In this document: in pieces, positions 11,114-21,367 of the stretch
How the letters are laid out: every line of letters begins with the position of its first letter
Numbering within the stretch: position 1 is the stretch's first letter
Origin: Candidatus Cloacimonadales bacterium
GTDB lineage: Bacteria > Cloacimonadota > Cloacimonadia > Cloacimonadales > JAFGVF01
Length of the DNA: 64,000 nucleotides
Assembly (NCBI GenBank): GCA_963662585.1
Contig: OY759729.1
Span: 2,752,001-2,816,000, forward strand
Reading direction: 5' to 3'
Made by a program: the position numbers and the translations under genes
The notes under the pieces: generated by a model
The model's input: only the letters and a program-made list of their open reading frames with translations
The model's database searches: none
What the model was told of the DNA's origin: nothing

Positions 11114-12177
11114 TATAACCATTTTTTTCTTTTGAAATAGATGAGCATGCCAATAGCCATAAGGACCATTACACCCCACATTATGAAGTAAGAGTACTTG
11201 TAGTGTAGTTCGGGAACAAAATCAAAATTAGTCCCATAAATCCCTGCAACAAAGGTAAGAGGAATAAAGATAACAGAAAAGATAGTAAGGAATTTCATTA
11301 TATCATTTAACTTGCTACTAATAGTAGTGTGATAGATGTTTAACTGGTCAGAAAGAATTTCTCGATAACTCTCAGAATAATCATTAGCTAAACTGATATT
11401 GGCTAAAAGCTCATTAAAATGAATCTCTGTTGTATCAGCTATTAAATCAGACTCCAATTTAACTAGGGAAAGTATCATATCATGGGCAGGTTTAATGTTC
11501 CTACGCAGGAAGTTAAGCTCCTGTTTATAGTGATTAATACTATCTATAATCCCCTTAGGTGGATCTTCAAAAAGACTATTTTCTAGCTCCTCTATTTTAT
11601 CTCCCAATATACTGATTGCATAGATATAATTATCTACTACAACATCTAGTAGAGCAAAAGCTAGGTAGTCTGTACCAGAAGAACGAATTCTCTTTTTCTG
11701 ATTTCTTATCCTTTCTCTAACTGGCTCAAAAACATCTCCCTTTTTTTCCTGAAAAGAAATCAAGACAGATTTAGTGATGATTAAACTTAAATGTTCAACC
11801 GAAAGTTCACTCGTCTCTTTATCTATCTGAAGCATCTTTATAGATAAAAATATGCAATTTGAATGCTCTTCAAGCTTTGGCCTACTTCCAATATTCATCA
11901 CATCAGACAAAATTACTTTGTCTAACTGAAAACCTTGTGCTATGTCTTGCATTACTTTCTGATTATGAAGTCCATCTACATTGAACCAAGTAACTGTATC
12001 TTTGTCTCGATATTTTAAGACATCCTTTACTTTCTCTAAACGAATTTCTTCCATATCACTTGTATCAAAATCTATTACTCGCAGTAGTATGTTATCTATT
12101 TTCTGCTTACCAAAAAAGAGCAAGTCATCAGGTGAAACCCCGATTTCATGTTTATGCTTTTTTATAAATCTAGACAT
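11113..12177 (-). CDS. corA: Magnesium/cobalt transporter CorA
   Basis: TWFNVDGLH, RPKLEE, C-terminal TM pair with GIYGTNF..VPEL (GMN variant GTN); GGAGG before ATG 12177. Confidence 0.92.
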   Translation of the reverse strand: MSRFIKKHKHEIGVSPDDLLFFGKQKIDNILLRVIDFDTSDMEEIRLEKVKDVLKYRDKDTVTWFNVDGLHNQKVMQDIAQGFQLDKVILSDVMNIGSRPKLEEHSNCIFLSIKMLQIDKETSELSVEHLSLIITKSVLISFQEKKGDVFEPVRERIRNQKKRIRSSGTDYLAFALLDVVVDNYIYAISILGDKIEELENSLFEDPPKGIIDSINHYKQELNFLRRNIKPAHDMILSLVKLESDLIADTTEIHFNELLANISLANDYSESYREILSDQLNIYHTTISSKLNDIMKFLTIFSVIFIPLTFVAGIYGTNFDFVPELHYKYSYFIMWGVMVLMAIGMLIYFKRKKWL

Positions 12178-12355
12178 GGTATCCTCCATTTATACTTTAA
12201 GTTCAGACCGATCTTTTTTACTTTATCAAACAATAATATTATTCCAGAATATCTGAAAATTAACTATTATTCTAGTATCTAAAAAATAATTTATTCTGTC
12301 AAGGATTTGTAATGATTATTTCTTTGGGAACTAAGAAGTGGGGAAAGTGGAAGAG

Positions 12356-12403
12356 GCCACCCTGTCAGTGAAATACACTGCCACCCCTCCACGATAGGGG
12401 AAT
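12356..12403. repeat. REP-like dispersed repeat, family A (CCACCCCGTCAGTGAAATACACTGCCACCCCTCC..AGGGGAAT)
   Basis: Near-identical copies at 50262, 54454 and 63305, and a variant at 62225. Confidence 0.8.
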
Positions 12404-12782
12404 ATAACTCCCACGAATACTTATACTCTTAGTTCCTCTAGCAGTTTAAACTACCATTGATAAAGATTGCAAGACTCCCTTCTATATTACTATAGGTCCC
12501 ACTTTTTCTAAAAGTGGTCCAGTTTATAGAAAATACTTTAAAAACTTTTGCCTTATAGAATATATTCTATAAGGTCGCTAAGTAATGTTAGTTTTGTGTA
12601 ACAAAATAAGTGTAATGTATAATCATTATATTTCCCATCCTTTCTTGCTGTTCACTCAATGCTCCTTCTCACTCATCTCAAATAAACTCCAAATAATGTT
12701 TGTCTTGAGTGACAAGGAGCAGGGGAAGACTATAAAGATGAGCTCTTGTTTCCCCTTGCTGAAGGGGTTTTAAAAAATATGG

Positions 12783-13607
12783 AAACACCCCCTGTGTCCC
12801 CCTCGCGGAGGGGGATTTGTAGGGGCGAATCATCATTCGCCCATAAGAAGAAACACCCCCTGTGTCCCCCTCGCTGAAGGGGATAAATTATAAATGAGCA
12901 AAGACTTCTTTTGCCGGATTGCATGCACCTTGCATGCGAAACACCTTATCAAAATCTAATATTATCTTAAGATTACCCAGCATTTCATGCTGGGTGCAGG
13001 CAAGATGCCTGCGTTCCCAGTTAAAAGCTGCTTCGCAGCCACACCTTTTTTAGCGTGCTTTCAGCACTAAAGCGGGGAATTTAAGATTCACGGACTAAAG
13101 GTCCGTAACCCCAGTTAATGGAAGCAGGGACGCTTCCATTCCATAGTCGAAATCACCCCCTGTGTCCCCCTCACGGAGGGGGATTTAAGAAGAAACACCC
13201 CGTCATCTTCGATGCCACCCCTCTTTTAGCGTGCTTTCAGCACTAAAGCGAGGAATTTAAGATTCACAAACTAAAGGTCCGTAACCCCAGTTAATGGAAG
13301 CAGGGACGCTTCCATTCCATAGTCGAAATCACCCTCTGTTTCCCCCTCACGGAGGGGGATTTAAGAAGAAACACCCCGTCATCTTCGATGCCACCCCTCT
13401 TTTAGCGTGCTTTCAGCACTAAAGCGGGGAATTTAAGATTCACGGACTAAAGGTCCGTAACCCCAGTTAATGGAAGCAGAGACGCTTCCATTCTATAGGA
13501 AACACCCCCTGTGTCCCCCTCGCGGAGGGGGATTTAAGAGAAACACCCCTCATCTTCGATGCCACCCCTTTTTTAGCGTGCTTTCAGCACTAAAGTGGGG
13601 ATTTTAA
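12783..13607. repeat. BIME-like mosaic of REP palindromes with a tandem period of about 176 bp
   Basis: Recurrent units ACACCCCCTGTGTCCCCCTCGCGGAGGGGGATTT, TTTAGCGTGCTTTCAGCACTAAA, ACGGACTAAAGGTCCGT and ATGGAAGCAGGGACGCTTCCAT, each repeated 3-5 times. Confidence 0.9.
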
Positions 13608-13622
13608 GAGTGTGATAATCCT

Positions 13623-16600
13623 TTATAGTGACTTTGGCTTAATTTCGCTACAGCCAGGACCTTGCATAGAGCTTCTTCCTCCGGAGATTGGACTTATCGA
13701 AATCTGGGTAGAAATTCTATCTTTTAGAGAAGTAACATGAGATATTACTCCAATAAGTTTTCCATCTTGGTGGAGACCTGATAAGGATTCTAAGGCTGTT
13801 TCCAAAGCATTTTCATCTAGAGTACCGAATCCTTCATCAAGAAATAGAGAATCAACTCTTACTTTTTTACTAGCCATTTTGGAAAGTCCTAGTGCTAAAG
13901 CCAAACTAACAATAAAGCTTTCTCCTCCTGAGAGGTTTTTTGTTGATCTCATTTCTCCTGCTTGGTAGTTATCTATGACATTAAGTTCTAAAGGTTTATC
14001 TTTATCACGAATTAGCAAATAGCGATTAGTCATCTTGGCTAATTGATCATTTGCATGAAGAACCATTAATTCAAAGGTTAAGCCTTGAGCGAAGTTTCGG
14101 TACTTTTTACCATCAAAGGAACCAATGAGCTGGTTAAGTCTTTCCCAGCGATCATTCTCTTTTTGTTGAGCCTTAATAGTTACTTGCTTTTGCTTTATTT
14201 TTGCTTTTGCCTTATTATTCTCAGTAATTTTATTTCTAATTTCTGCCAAGCTATCTCTAAGCTTTTCTAAAGCAACTAAATCTTCTTTAGCTTCTCTAAC
14301 TAAATCATCTTTGCTTTTATCAGTAATATTCTTTATCTCTTCTTCTTGCAAACCTTGCTTGCTATCATTTAATCTAGCTTTTAGCTCGGTCATCGCATCA
14401 TCAAGTTTTTTAGCTTCTTCTGATAAAATGTCTTTTTCTTCATGAGTTATTAGGGCAAGGAGAAATTGCTTTTCCTTTAAGAATTCCTTTTCATTGAGCT
14501 CTTGTAGGAAATCTTTTTCTTTCTTAACTAAGTCAATCTTTCTTTGCTTAATTTTAAGTTTAAGAGACTCTAATTGCTTACTCCTTGTTACTAAATCTTG
14601 TTGAAGTTCAATATTCTTATCTCTGCTCTGCTTTTCCTTATCTTCGGCCTGGTTAAGAGCTTTTTGAAGTAGCTTCTCTTCTAAATCAGGATTTTTATTT
14701 CCGTATAGTTTAACACGCTTTTCTCTGAAAGTAGTTTCATCTTCTTTCAGTTTTAGCAATTCTGCATGCTTGATATTTAACTCGTTTGTATGATGGTTAA
14801 TAAAATCATCGATTGTCTTTATTTGGCTTTCAATAGCTGTAAGATCTTTCTCTAATTTACTTTTATCTTCTTGGCTAGAGATCCATTTGTTAAGATTATT
14901 GTGAAGAGTTTTTAATAACTCACTATTATCGAGAGGAAGCTTAGGGTCAATATTTAAGGGCTTAAGCATCTCTAAAATTCTAGCTTGTAATTCAGAATAC
15001 TTAATAAGTGATTTAGCTAATCTACTTTTTGAATCTTTAAGAAGATTCTCAGTACTTTTTACTTCATTCTCTATCAAGACTTTATTCCTATCTATCTCAA
15101 CTAGTTTCTTAATAAGATTTTTCTCTGCTTGTTCTAATTTCTTAATTTGATCTTCTTTATCTTCCGCCTGTTTAATTATTTCATCAATAACTTTAATTTC
15201 TTCTTCTATCTTATTGCTTTGCGGAACTTTATCATCTATATATGGATGTTGAAGAGAACCACAAAGAGGACAGGCTTCTCCTTTTCTTAAGCTTTTTCTT
15301 TCTTCTTCTAATAATTTGATCTTATTGAGGAAATATCTTTTTTCTTGTAGAGCCTCTTTCTTAGCTCTAAGTTCTCTTAAAAGAAAACCAGCCAGTAAAT
15401 TATCTAATGACTCTTTTACTGCTTGAAGATCTTTAGAAGCTTTGGCAATTTCCTCTTCTTGCTTTTTCTTTATTTCAATCAAGCTGTCTAGTTTTTGAGC
15501 AGACTTAGTGCCTACTAAGTTAGACTTAGCAATCTCAGTTTCCAACTCTTCTAGCTCTTTTTTCAGAGAATCTAGACTTCTTAACTCGTGCTCAACTCCT
15601 GCCAAGTTACTAACAAGCCATTTATCAGCTTTGTGGAGGGTAAGGTACTTGTTAACATCCTTAATTTTAAGAGCATTTTCTATCTTTTTCTTTTGCTCTT
15701 CTGCTAAGCTTGTTTTCAAATCTTGAATCTTCTTGGCAATAGCTTTATAGTTTTTTTCTTGATTTGATATGTTTTTTTCTTGTTCTGTGATACTTTGATC
15801 CAGAGACCGAACTTGCTTGATTAATTCAGAAGCATTATATTTATCTTCTTTTGCCTTTTTTGTTATCTCTTGGGCTTTCTTCAATAATTCAGCTTGCTGA
15901 CAGGCAATTTCTTTAAGTTTGGGAAGATTTTCTTCTAGTTCTGTTTGAGAAGCTAGTTCATTAATCTGCTGATTTCTTAAGTCAGATAGCTGAGAATAAT
16001 TAACTTCTAGGGAGAAAGCTCTGTTTGCCCAAGCTAATTTTTCTCGTTTAGCTTTAAAAGCTAGTAATTCAGCCTGCTGTTTGATTTCTTCTCTTTCAAG
16101 ATTGTTAATCTTTTCTTTAAATTCAGCTATCTTATTTAACCAGTTAAGAGCATTGTTAGTTGCAAGATATTTAGTCTTTAATTCTTCTTCGCGCTTCTGA
16201 CTCTCTTCAAACTTATCTTGTAAGTATATTTCTTGCGCTTCATTAAGTAAATCAGTACTTTCAATTTCTGCTTTAAGTAAGTTTAACTTCTCTTTTTCTT
16301 CTTTGCTTCTTTCATAAACACTTTTAGAAATATCTGAATAAACCTTAGAACCAGTTAATTGTTCTAAGATCTTAGACTTTTCATCTTCTCCTGCATTTAG
16401 AAAAGAGTCAAAACCACCCTGAGCTAATAGTACAGAACGAGTAAACCTCTCAAAGTCCATACCTGTTTTCTTTTCTATTACTCCTAAAACCAAACTTTTC
16501 TTAGTCTCAATTGGTTTTAGTGTTTTAGCGTCAATAATCTGATGTTCAACATCTTGTAATTTACCACTTGCTTTATTGCGTGCCCTTCTCTGTTCCCAAT

Positions 16601-16883
16601 GACAGCGGAAGATTCCTGCTTGAGTTTCAAAAAGAACTTCAGCATAGCATTGGCCAGTATTACGAGACATAATCTCATTTTCACTTTGATTAATTTTTTT
16701 AAGTCTTGGTGTTACCCCATACAAGGCCAAGCAGATGGCATCAAGAATTGTAGATTTACCAGCTCCTGTAGGGCCAGTTAGGGCAAATATACCGTTAGAA
16801 ACATAATTAGGGTCTGTAAAATCTATAATCCATTCACCATAAAGAGAATTGAGGTTTTGAAAGCGTAACTCTAATATCTTCAT
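13623..16883 (-). CDS. sbcC: Exonuclease SbcCD subunit C (Rad50-like)
   Basis: Walker A GPTGAGKS, long coiled coil, CPLCGS zinc hook, LSGGE, LFLDEGFGTLD. Confidence 0.95.
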   Translation of the reverse strand: MKILELRFQNLNSLYGEWIIDFTDPNYVSNGIFALTGPTGAGKSTILDAICLALYGVTPRLKKINQSENEIMSRNTGQCYAEVLFETQAGIFRCHWEQRRARNKASGKLQDVEHQIIDAKTLKPIETKKSLVLGVIEKKTGMDFERFTRSVLLAQGGFDSFLNAGEDEKSKILEQLTGSKVYSDISKSVYERSKEEKEKLNLLKAEIESTDLLNEAQEIYLQDKFEESQKREEELKTKYLATNNALNWLNKIAEFKEKINNLEREEIKQQAELLAFKAKREKLAWANRAFSLEVNYSQLSDLRNQQINELASQTELEENLPKLKEIACQQAELLKKAQEITKKAKEDKYNASELIKQVRSLDQSITEQEKNISNQEKNYKAIAKKIQDLKTSLAEEQKKKIENALKIKDVNKYLTLHKADKWLVSNLAGVEHELRSLDSLKKELEELETEIAKSNLVGTKSAQKLDSLIEIKKKQEEEIAKASKDLQAVKESLDNLLAGFLLRELRAKKEALQEKRYFLNKIKLLEEERKSLRKGEACPLCGSLQHPYIDDKVPQSNKIEEEIKVIDEIIKQAEDKEDQIKKLEQAEKNLIKKLVEIDRNKVLIENEVKSTENLLKDSKSRLAKSLIKYSELQARILEMLKPLNIDPKLPLDNSELLKTLHNNLNKWISSQEDKSKLEKDLTAIESQIKTIDDFINHHTNELNIKHAELLKLKEDETTFREKRVKLYGNKNPDLEEKLLQKALNQAEDKEKQSRDKNIELQQDLVTRSKQLESLKLKIKQRKIDLVKKEKDFLQELNEKEFLKEKQFLLALITHEEKDILSEEAKKLDDAMTELKARLNDSKQGLQEEEIKNITDKSKDDLVREAKEDLVALEKLRDSLAEIRNKITENNKAKAKIKQKQVTIKAQQKENDRWERLNQLIGSFDGKKYRNFAQGLTFELMVLHANDQLAKMTNRYLLIRDKDKPLELNVIDNYQAGEMRSTKNLSGGESFIVSLALALGLSKMASKKVRVDSLFLDEGFGTLDENALETALESLSGLHQDGKLIGVISHVTSLKDRISTQISISPISGGRSSMQGPGCSEIKPKSL

Positions 16884-16916
16884 AGTTCTTTACCCTGAAC
16901 GAGTTTTATTCTTAGA

Positions 16917-18146
16917 CTATTCAGCATTTTTATCCTCCTCTCTTAGGGCTTGCACAATTTCATTATAGGCAATCGTAAGCTCTTTGCTCTCTTCTTTAGT
17001 GATATTGGAAGCATCAAGAAGACGCCTAAAAACTTCCTCAACAGTAAGATCAGAAAGAGTTTCATTTTCAGCATTTGCCATTGCTAATCTTTTTGTAATT
17101 TGCTTATTTTCAACTTTTCTTACTTCTAAGAGAGTATCACTAACAGCTTCAGTAATGATTTCCCGAAGATTAGGGATAATCTCTTTGCCATTATATTCAA
17201 TTTCTAACCATGCATTGCTATTCTCTTTTTTAAGCTCTTCAATCTTTGCTTGAATCTCATCAATAGTGCCAGAAACACTAATAAGTCTCTGAAAAGTAGG
17301 CACAGTAAGTTCTTGAATAGTTGGCTTAGTATTAATAAATTCAACAATAATTATTTTCTTTTCCTGCTGAGCTTCACCAAATCCCATGGCTAGGGGTGAA
17401 CCACTATAGCGGATATGCTCTTTTTTGTTAACTAACTGGGGAATATGGAGATGTCCTAGAGCAAGGTAATCTATAACTGCAGGGAATTTATCTACAGGGA
17501 AATGGGTCAAAGATCCTATATAGAGGTCTCTAACTCCATCGTCTTTTTGAGTTTCACCTCCTGCTGTGAAGAGATGTCCCATGGCAATTATTGGGATATT
17601 ATCTTTGTTGAGCTCAACTCTTTTTTCTTCTGCAATTTGACAAACTTCTGAATAATGCTTAGTAATGCCTTCAATTAATTTGGCATTCTTATCATCAATA
17701 TTTTCACCTGCTTCAGCTGTTCTAATATCTTTGTCGCGTAAATAGGGGATAGCACAGATGATTGCTTCTACTTGATTATCTGTACTAAGAAGAATTACTT
17801 CATCTTCTAATGATTGGGAAATGGAACCTACAATATGAACATTCAGGGCTAAAAGAAGCTCTTTAGGAGCATCTAAAAAAGATGGTGAATCATGATTCCC
17901 AGCAATAACGACTATGTGTCGGCAAGAAGTCCTAGCTACTTGCCCCAAGAATTGATAGTAAAGATTTTGAGATCTGTTACTAGGAGTAGCAGTATCGAAA
18001 ACATCACCAGCAATAAGCAAAATGTCTATCTTCTCTTGCTTAATAGTTTGGACCAACCAAGTTAAAAAAGCTTCAAACTCCTCATACCTCTTTTTATCAT
18101 AAAGAGATCTTCCCAAATGCCAATCTGAAGTGTGTAGTATTCTCAT
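16917..18146 (-). CDS. sbcD: Exonuclease SbcCD subunit D (Mre11-like)
   Basis: HTSDWHLG, AGDVFD, AGNHDS, ALGHLH, RYSGSP. Confidence 0.95.
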   Translation of the reverse strand: MRILHTSDWHLGRSLYDKKRYEEFEAFLTWLVQTIKQEKIDILLIAGDVFDTATPSNRSQNLYYQFLGQVARTSCRHIVVIAGNHDSPSFLDAPKELLLALNVHIVGSISQSLEDEVILLSTDNQVEAIICAIPYLRDKDIRTAEAGENIDDKNAKLIEGITKHYSEVCQIAEEKRVELNKDNIPIIAMGHLFTAGGETQKDDGVRDLYIGSLTHFPVDKFPAVIDYLALGHLHIPQLVNKKEHIRYSGSPLAMGFGEAQQEKKIIIVEFINTKPTIQELTVPTFQRLISVSGTIDEIQAKIEELKKENSNAWLEIEYNGKEIIPNLREIITEAVSDTLLEVRKVENKQITKRLAMANAENETLSDLTVEEVFRRLLDASNITKEESKELTIAYNEIVQALREEDKNAE

Positions 18147-18279
18147 TGTGCCTCCTGAATCTCTTTAAATCCAAACAAGACAGTAAATCTTAACAAACTC
18201 TACTGGTTTTTTGGGTCAAGTAAGAATCATTAAGATCTACTGTAGCATCAAGGTTCATAAGATTATAAATATTATTAAT

Positions 18280-20592
18280 TTATAGCTTTAGGTTATATTT
18301 ACTAATTCTTCTATGTAGAGCATAAGAAGTAATTCCGAGTAACTTTGCTGCTTCTGTTTTAACGAACTGAGTTTCTTTCATAGCTTTAAATATAGCTTCT
18401 TTTTCAAGTGCTTCTAGATTCAAAGTTCTTGAATTAGGTAAAATTATATTATTAGTTTTAATATCCAGATTTAAATTATAAACATCATCAGCTGTTATTT
18501 CATTTCTACTATTGAAAATAATTAATTTCTCAATAATATTCTTGAGTTCTCTAACATTTCCGGGATAGTTATAATCGCTTAGAAGCTTAAGAGCTGAGAT
18601 CGAAAGCTGAGGTTTTTTTATTTTTACTCTTATACTTATCTCTTCTAAAAAGGCATTTATCAAAATAGGAATATCATCTTTTCTTGCTCGAAGTGGAGGA
18701 ATATTTATTTCTAAAGTATTAATTCTGTTTAAAAAGTCTAATCTAATTTTGTTTTCTTTAACCTCTTTTTCAATATCTCTATTAGTAGCAGAAATAAGAC
18801 GGAAATCAACTGGGACTTGCTTACTAGAACCTAGTGGTGTAACTTTTTTATTCTCAAGAACTCGTAAGAGGGCTATTTGAATATCTTGTGGCATCTCGCC
18901 GATCTCGTCCATAAAAACAGTGCCTTTTTGGGCATATTCAAAATAACCTATGTGGTCAGCCACTGCTCCTGTAAAAGCTCCTTTTTTATGACCAAAGAGA
19001 GCAGAGTTTACTATTCCAGGTGAAAAAGAACCACTATTAACAGGGATAAAAGGATAGCTTTGTCTATTGCTAGAGTAATGAATTATGCGTGCTATGATAT
19101 CTTTACCTGTTCCAGATTCGCCTCTAATTAAGATACTGGCTTCACAATTGGTGGATGCAAGAAGAGCTTTACTTATCAATTTATGCATTGCAGGATCAGT
19201 ACCTAAGAGGTTGACGCCAATTTTAGCAGATAATTCTCGAGAAATTAAAGAGTCTTTGCCATGAAAGATAAAGTGTTTTCTACTTGAGTTTCCTACAAGA
19301 GTAAGTTCAGCTTTCCTTTTTTCTTCTCTCTCTTTACCCGTAATATTCTCTTGCAGTTTTTCCAATAACTCGAAGCAGGAATAGGCTTTTTTATAATCAC
19401 CTATTTTAGCATAACAAAAAGCTTGTTTTTTTAGGGTTTTTATTTTTAAGTGAATATTGTTTGTTGATTTTGCCAGATCAATCAACTTTTCTAAATAAGT
19501 TAAAGAACCCTGATAATTTTTCTGTTTCATATCTATTTCAGCAAACTTATCATAAATTGATTTTAAATTTCTATAATTTTTAAACTGATTGCCTAAATCA
19601 AGGGCTTTTTGCAATAGTTCAAGACCTTCATTTACTCTATTTGTTTTACTATATAAATCCCCTAAGCTTATATAGAGACTGAGAACTTGGTCGAGTGCTT
19701 TTACTTTCTGAGCAAACTCAAGAGATCTTTGAAATTTCTCTTCTGCAAGTTCATAATCTTTATAAGAAATTAGTAGGTTCCCTAAATTAGTCTGTACTGC
19801 ATAATAAAGTTCTGGGTCTCTCTGTAAAATCCACTCTCTATCTACACTTTCATAGAGTTTTTTTGCTTTATCCGTATTGTCAATAGATTTATAACACAGT
19901 GCTAAATTGTTGATTACAGCAATTCTATCAATATCTTGCTCTCTATCATATAAACTCAAACTATTTTCCAAATATTCTATTGCTTTTTCATAAAGATTCT
20001 TACTAATATATAAGCGTCCTATTGCGTTATAAGCAAGTTTTAAAGAATTAATAGAATTGTAACGAAGAGCAAAATCTAACCCCTCATAATAATAATATTC
20101 AGCCTTATCAAGATTTCCTATAACTTCATAGAGATAACCAAGATTAGTATATCTCCCCGGTAATTCATCAGGCTTACAGTATTTATTGGCAATATCTAAA
20201 GATTTTGATAAATAACTAACCCCAGTGTCTATATCTTGCTTTAACCACATTAAATAACCAAAATAATCATAAATATTTGCTAGATAAAAATAATCTGTAA
20301 GATACTTTTCATTGGCCAAGAATACTGCTAGGTATTGATTAAACCAGTCTAGATTATTAGAAGCTCGAACAAACCTAAAAAATAATTCAAAGTTAGCACT
20401 AATTATTGCTCTTATATCTTTACTAGGTTTTTTTTCAAATTTTAAAAACTCATCCCATTTCATCATAAATTGTTGGAAATACTTGTCTATTTCCATGTTT
20501 TTTTCTTCAAAACATTTAGTAAAGATTTCCTTAAATATCTCAAACTGCTCTAGCCTACTTGCACCTTTAACTTTACCTAATAATTCATCCAT
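18280..20592 (-). CDS. Sigma54-dependent enhancer-binding protein with N-terminal TPRs and Fis-type HTH
   Basis: TPR repeats; GESGTGKD, GAFTGA, FMDEIGEM, YPGNVREL; C-terminal AAKLLGI HTH. Confidence 0.9.
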   Translation of the reverse strand: MDELLGKVKGASRLEQFEIFKEIFTKCFEEKNMEIDKYFQQFMMKWDEFLKFEKKPSKDIRAIISANFELFFRFVRASNNLDWFNQYLAVFLANEKYLTDYFYLANIYDYFGYLMWLKQDIDTGVSYLSKSLDIANKYCKPDELPGRYTNLGYLYEVIGNLDKAEYYYYEGLDFALRYNSINSLKLAYNAIGRLYISKNLYEKAIEYLENSLSLYDREQDIDRIAVINNLALCYKSIDNTDKAKKLYESVDREWILQRDPELYYAVQTNLGNLLISYKDYELAEEKFQRSLEFAQKVKALDQVLSLYISLGDLYSKTNRVNEGLELLQKALDLGNQFKNYRNLKSIYDKFAEIDMKQKNYQGSLTYLEKLIDLAKSTNNIHLKIKTLKKQAFCYAKIGDYKKAYSCFELLEKLQENITGKEREEKRKAELTLVGNSSRKHFIFHGKDSLISRELSAKIGVNLLGTDPAMHKLISKALLASTNCEASILIRGESGTGKDIIARIIHYSSNRQSYPFIPVNSGSFSPGIVNSALFGHKKGAFTGAVADHIGYFEYAQKGTVFMDEIGEMPQDIQIALLRVLENKKVTPLGSSKQVPVDFRLISATNRDIEKEVKENKIRLDFLNRINTLEINIPPLRARKDDIPILINAFLEEISIRVKIKKPQLSISALKLLSDYNYPGNVRELKNIIEKLIIFNSRNEITADDVYNLNLDIKTNNIILPNSRTLNLEALEKEAIFKAMKETQFVKTEAAKLLGITSYALHRRISKYNLKL

Positions 20593-20606
20593 AACAACTC
20601 CTTCGA

Positions 20607-20625
20607 TATCGCACTCATTGCGATA
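20607..20625. promoter_or_regulatory. Palindromic putative upstream activator sequence
   Basis: TATCGCA-CTCAT-TGCGATA, just upstream of the bEBP start and about 130 bp from a sigma54 motif. Confidence 0.45.
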
Positions 20626-20751
20626 ATGAACTGCGAAAACGCACTAACTCGTCAAGTTAATTTTTTATTGAAATAAATTATTGTTATTGCTTTTAGTCTA
20701 ATTTACTGCCCTATAAGAGATTACAACTATTATAAATAATAATATTATTTG

Positions 20752-20767
20752 TGGCTCTATTACTGCT
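20752..20767 (+). promoter_or_regulatory. Putative sigma54 (-24/-12) promoter
   Basis: TGGCTCTATTACTGCT has exact GG-N10-GC spacing and is divergent from the bEBP gene. Confidence 0.5.
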
Positions 20768-21232
20768 ATTATATATAATAGTTATTTTTAATGTTAATGT
20801 TTTGCAAAAAGGAAAAGAGTGAAAAAGCTATAATAATTTCTAGTTTTTTTTATCTCAATTTTGGTAATTGAAAATGAAAAATTGGTTCTAACTACATTTC
20901 TGAATGGATCGAGTACAGAGGGTGCTCCATATTTATTTGGAGATTATGCAGATTTATTAATATCATCTACTGATTCTAGTTAGTGGAGAAGAGGAATTTT
21001 TTTGTAAAAATGTCTTCTCCAGCAGCTCTAATTGCTTAAAAATAGTTAAAATAAAATAGTTCAACACAATAAAAAAACTCCAAATGCAAAAAGCTCCGGT
21101 CTCCTTTGGAGCTTTTTGCTCTTTATGGAATGGAACTTATCTTTCCTGGTGGCAGGGACGCCCCCAGTCCATAGGTCCCTGCTTTTATTTAATCCTTTTT
21201 GGGATTGAAGATATATCATTGCCTTGCAATGA

Positions 21233-21367
21233 TGCGGGCTGGAAGCCCACATTCCCAGTTAGTGCGGGCTGGAAGCCCACATTCCCAGTTAGTGCGGGCT
21301 GGAATCCCACATTCCCAGTTAGTTCGGGCTGGAATCCCACATTCCCAGTTAGTTCGGGCTGGAATCC
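21233..21367. repeat. Tandem 30-bp REP-like repeat, left part
   Basis: About 4.5 copies of AGT(G/T)CGGGCTGGAA(G/T)CCCACATTCCCAGTT; continues at 23086-23134 after the IS. Confidence 0.9.

Noticed and set aside
12585..12924. Short ORFs 12585-12773 and 12730-12924
   Set aside because: They overlap REP repeats and have no recognisable motifs; likely spurious.
21233..21367. CRISPR array (30-bp repeats)
   Set aside because: Repeats are head-to-tail with no unique spacers, there are no cas genes, and the unit belongs to a dispersed REP-like family.
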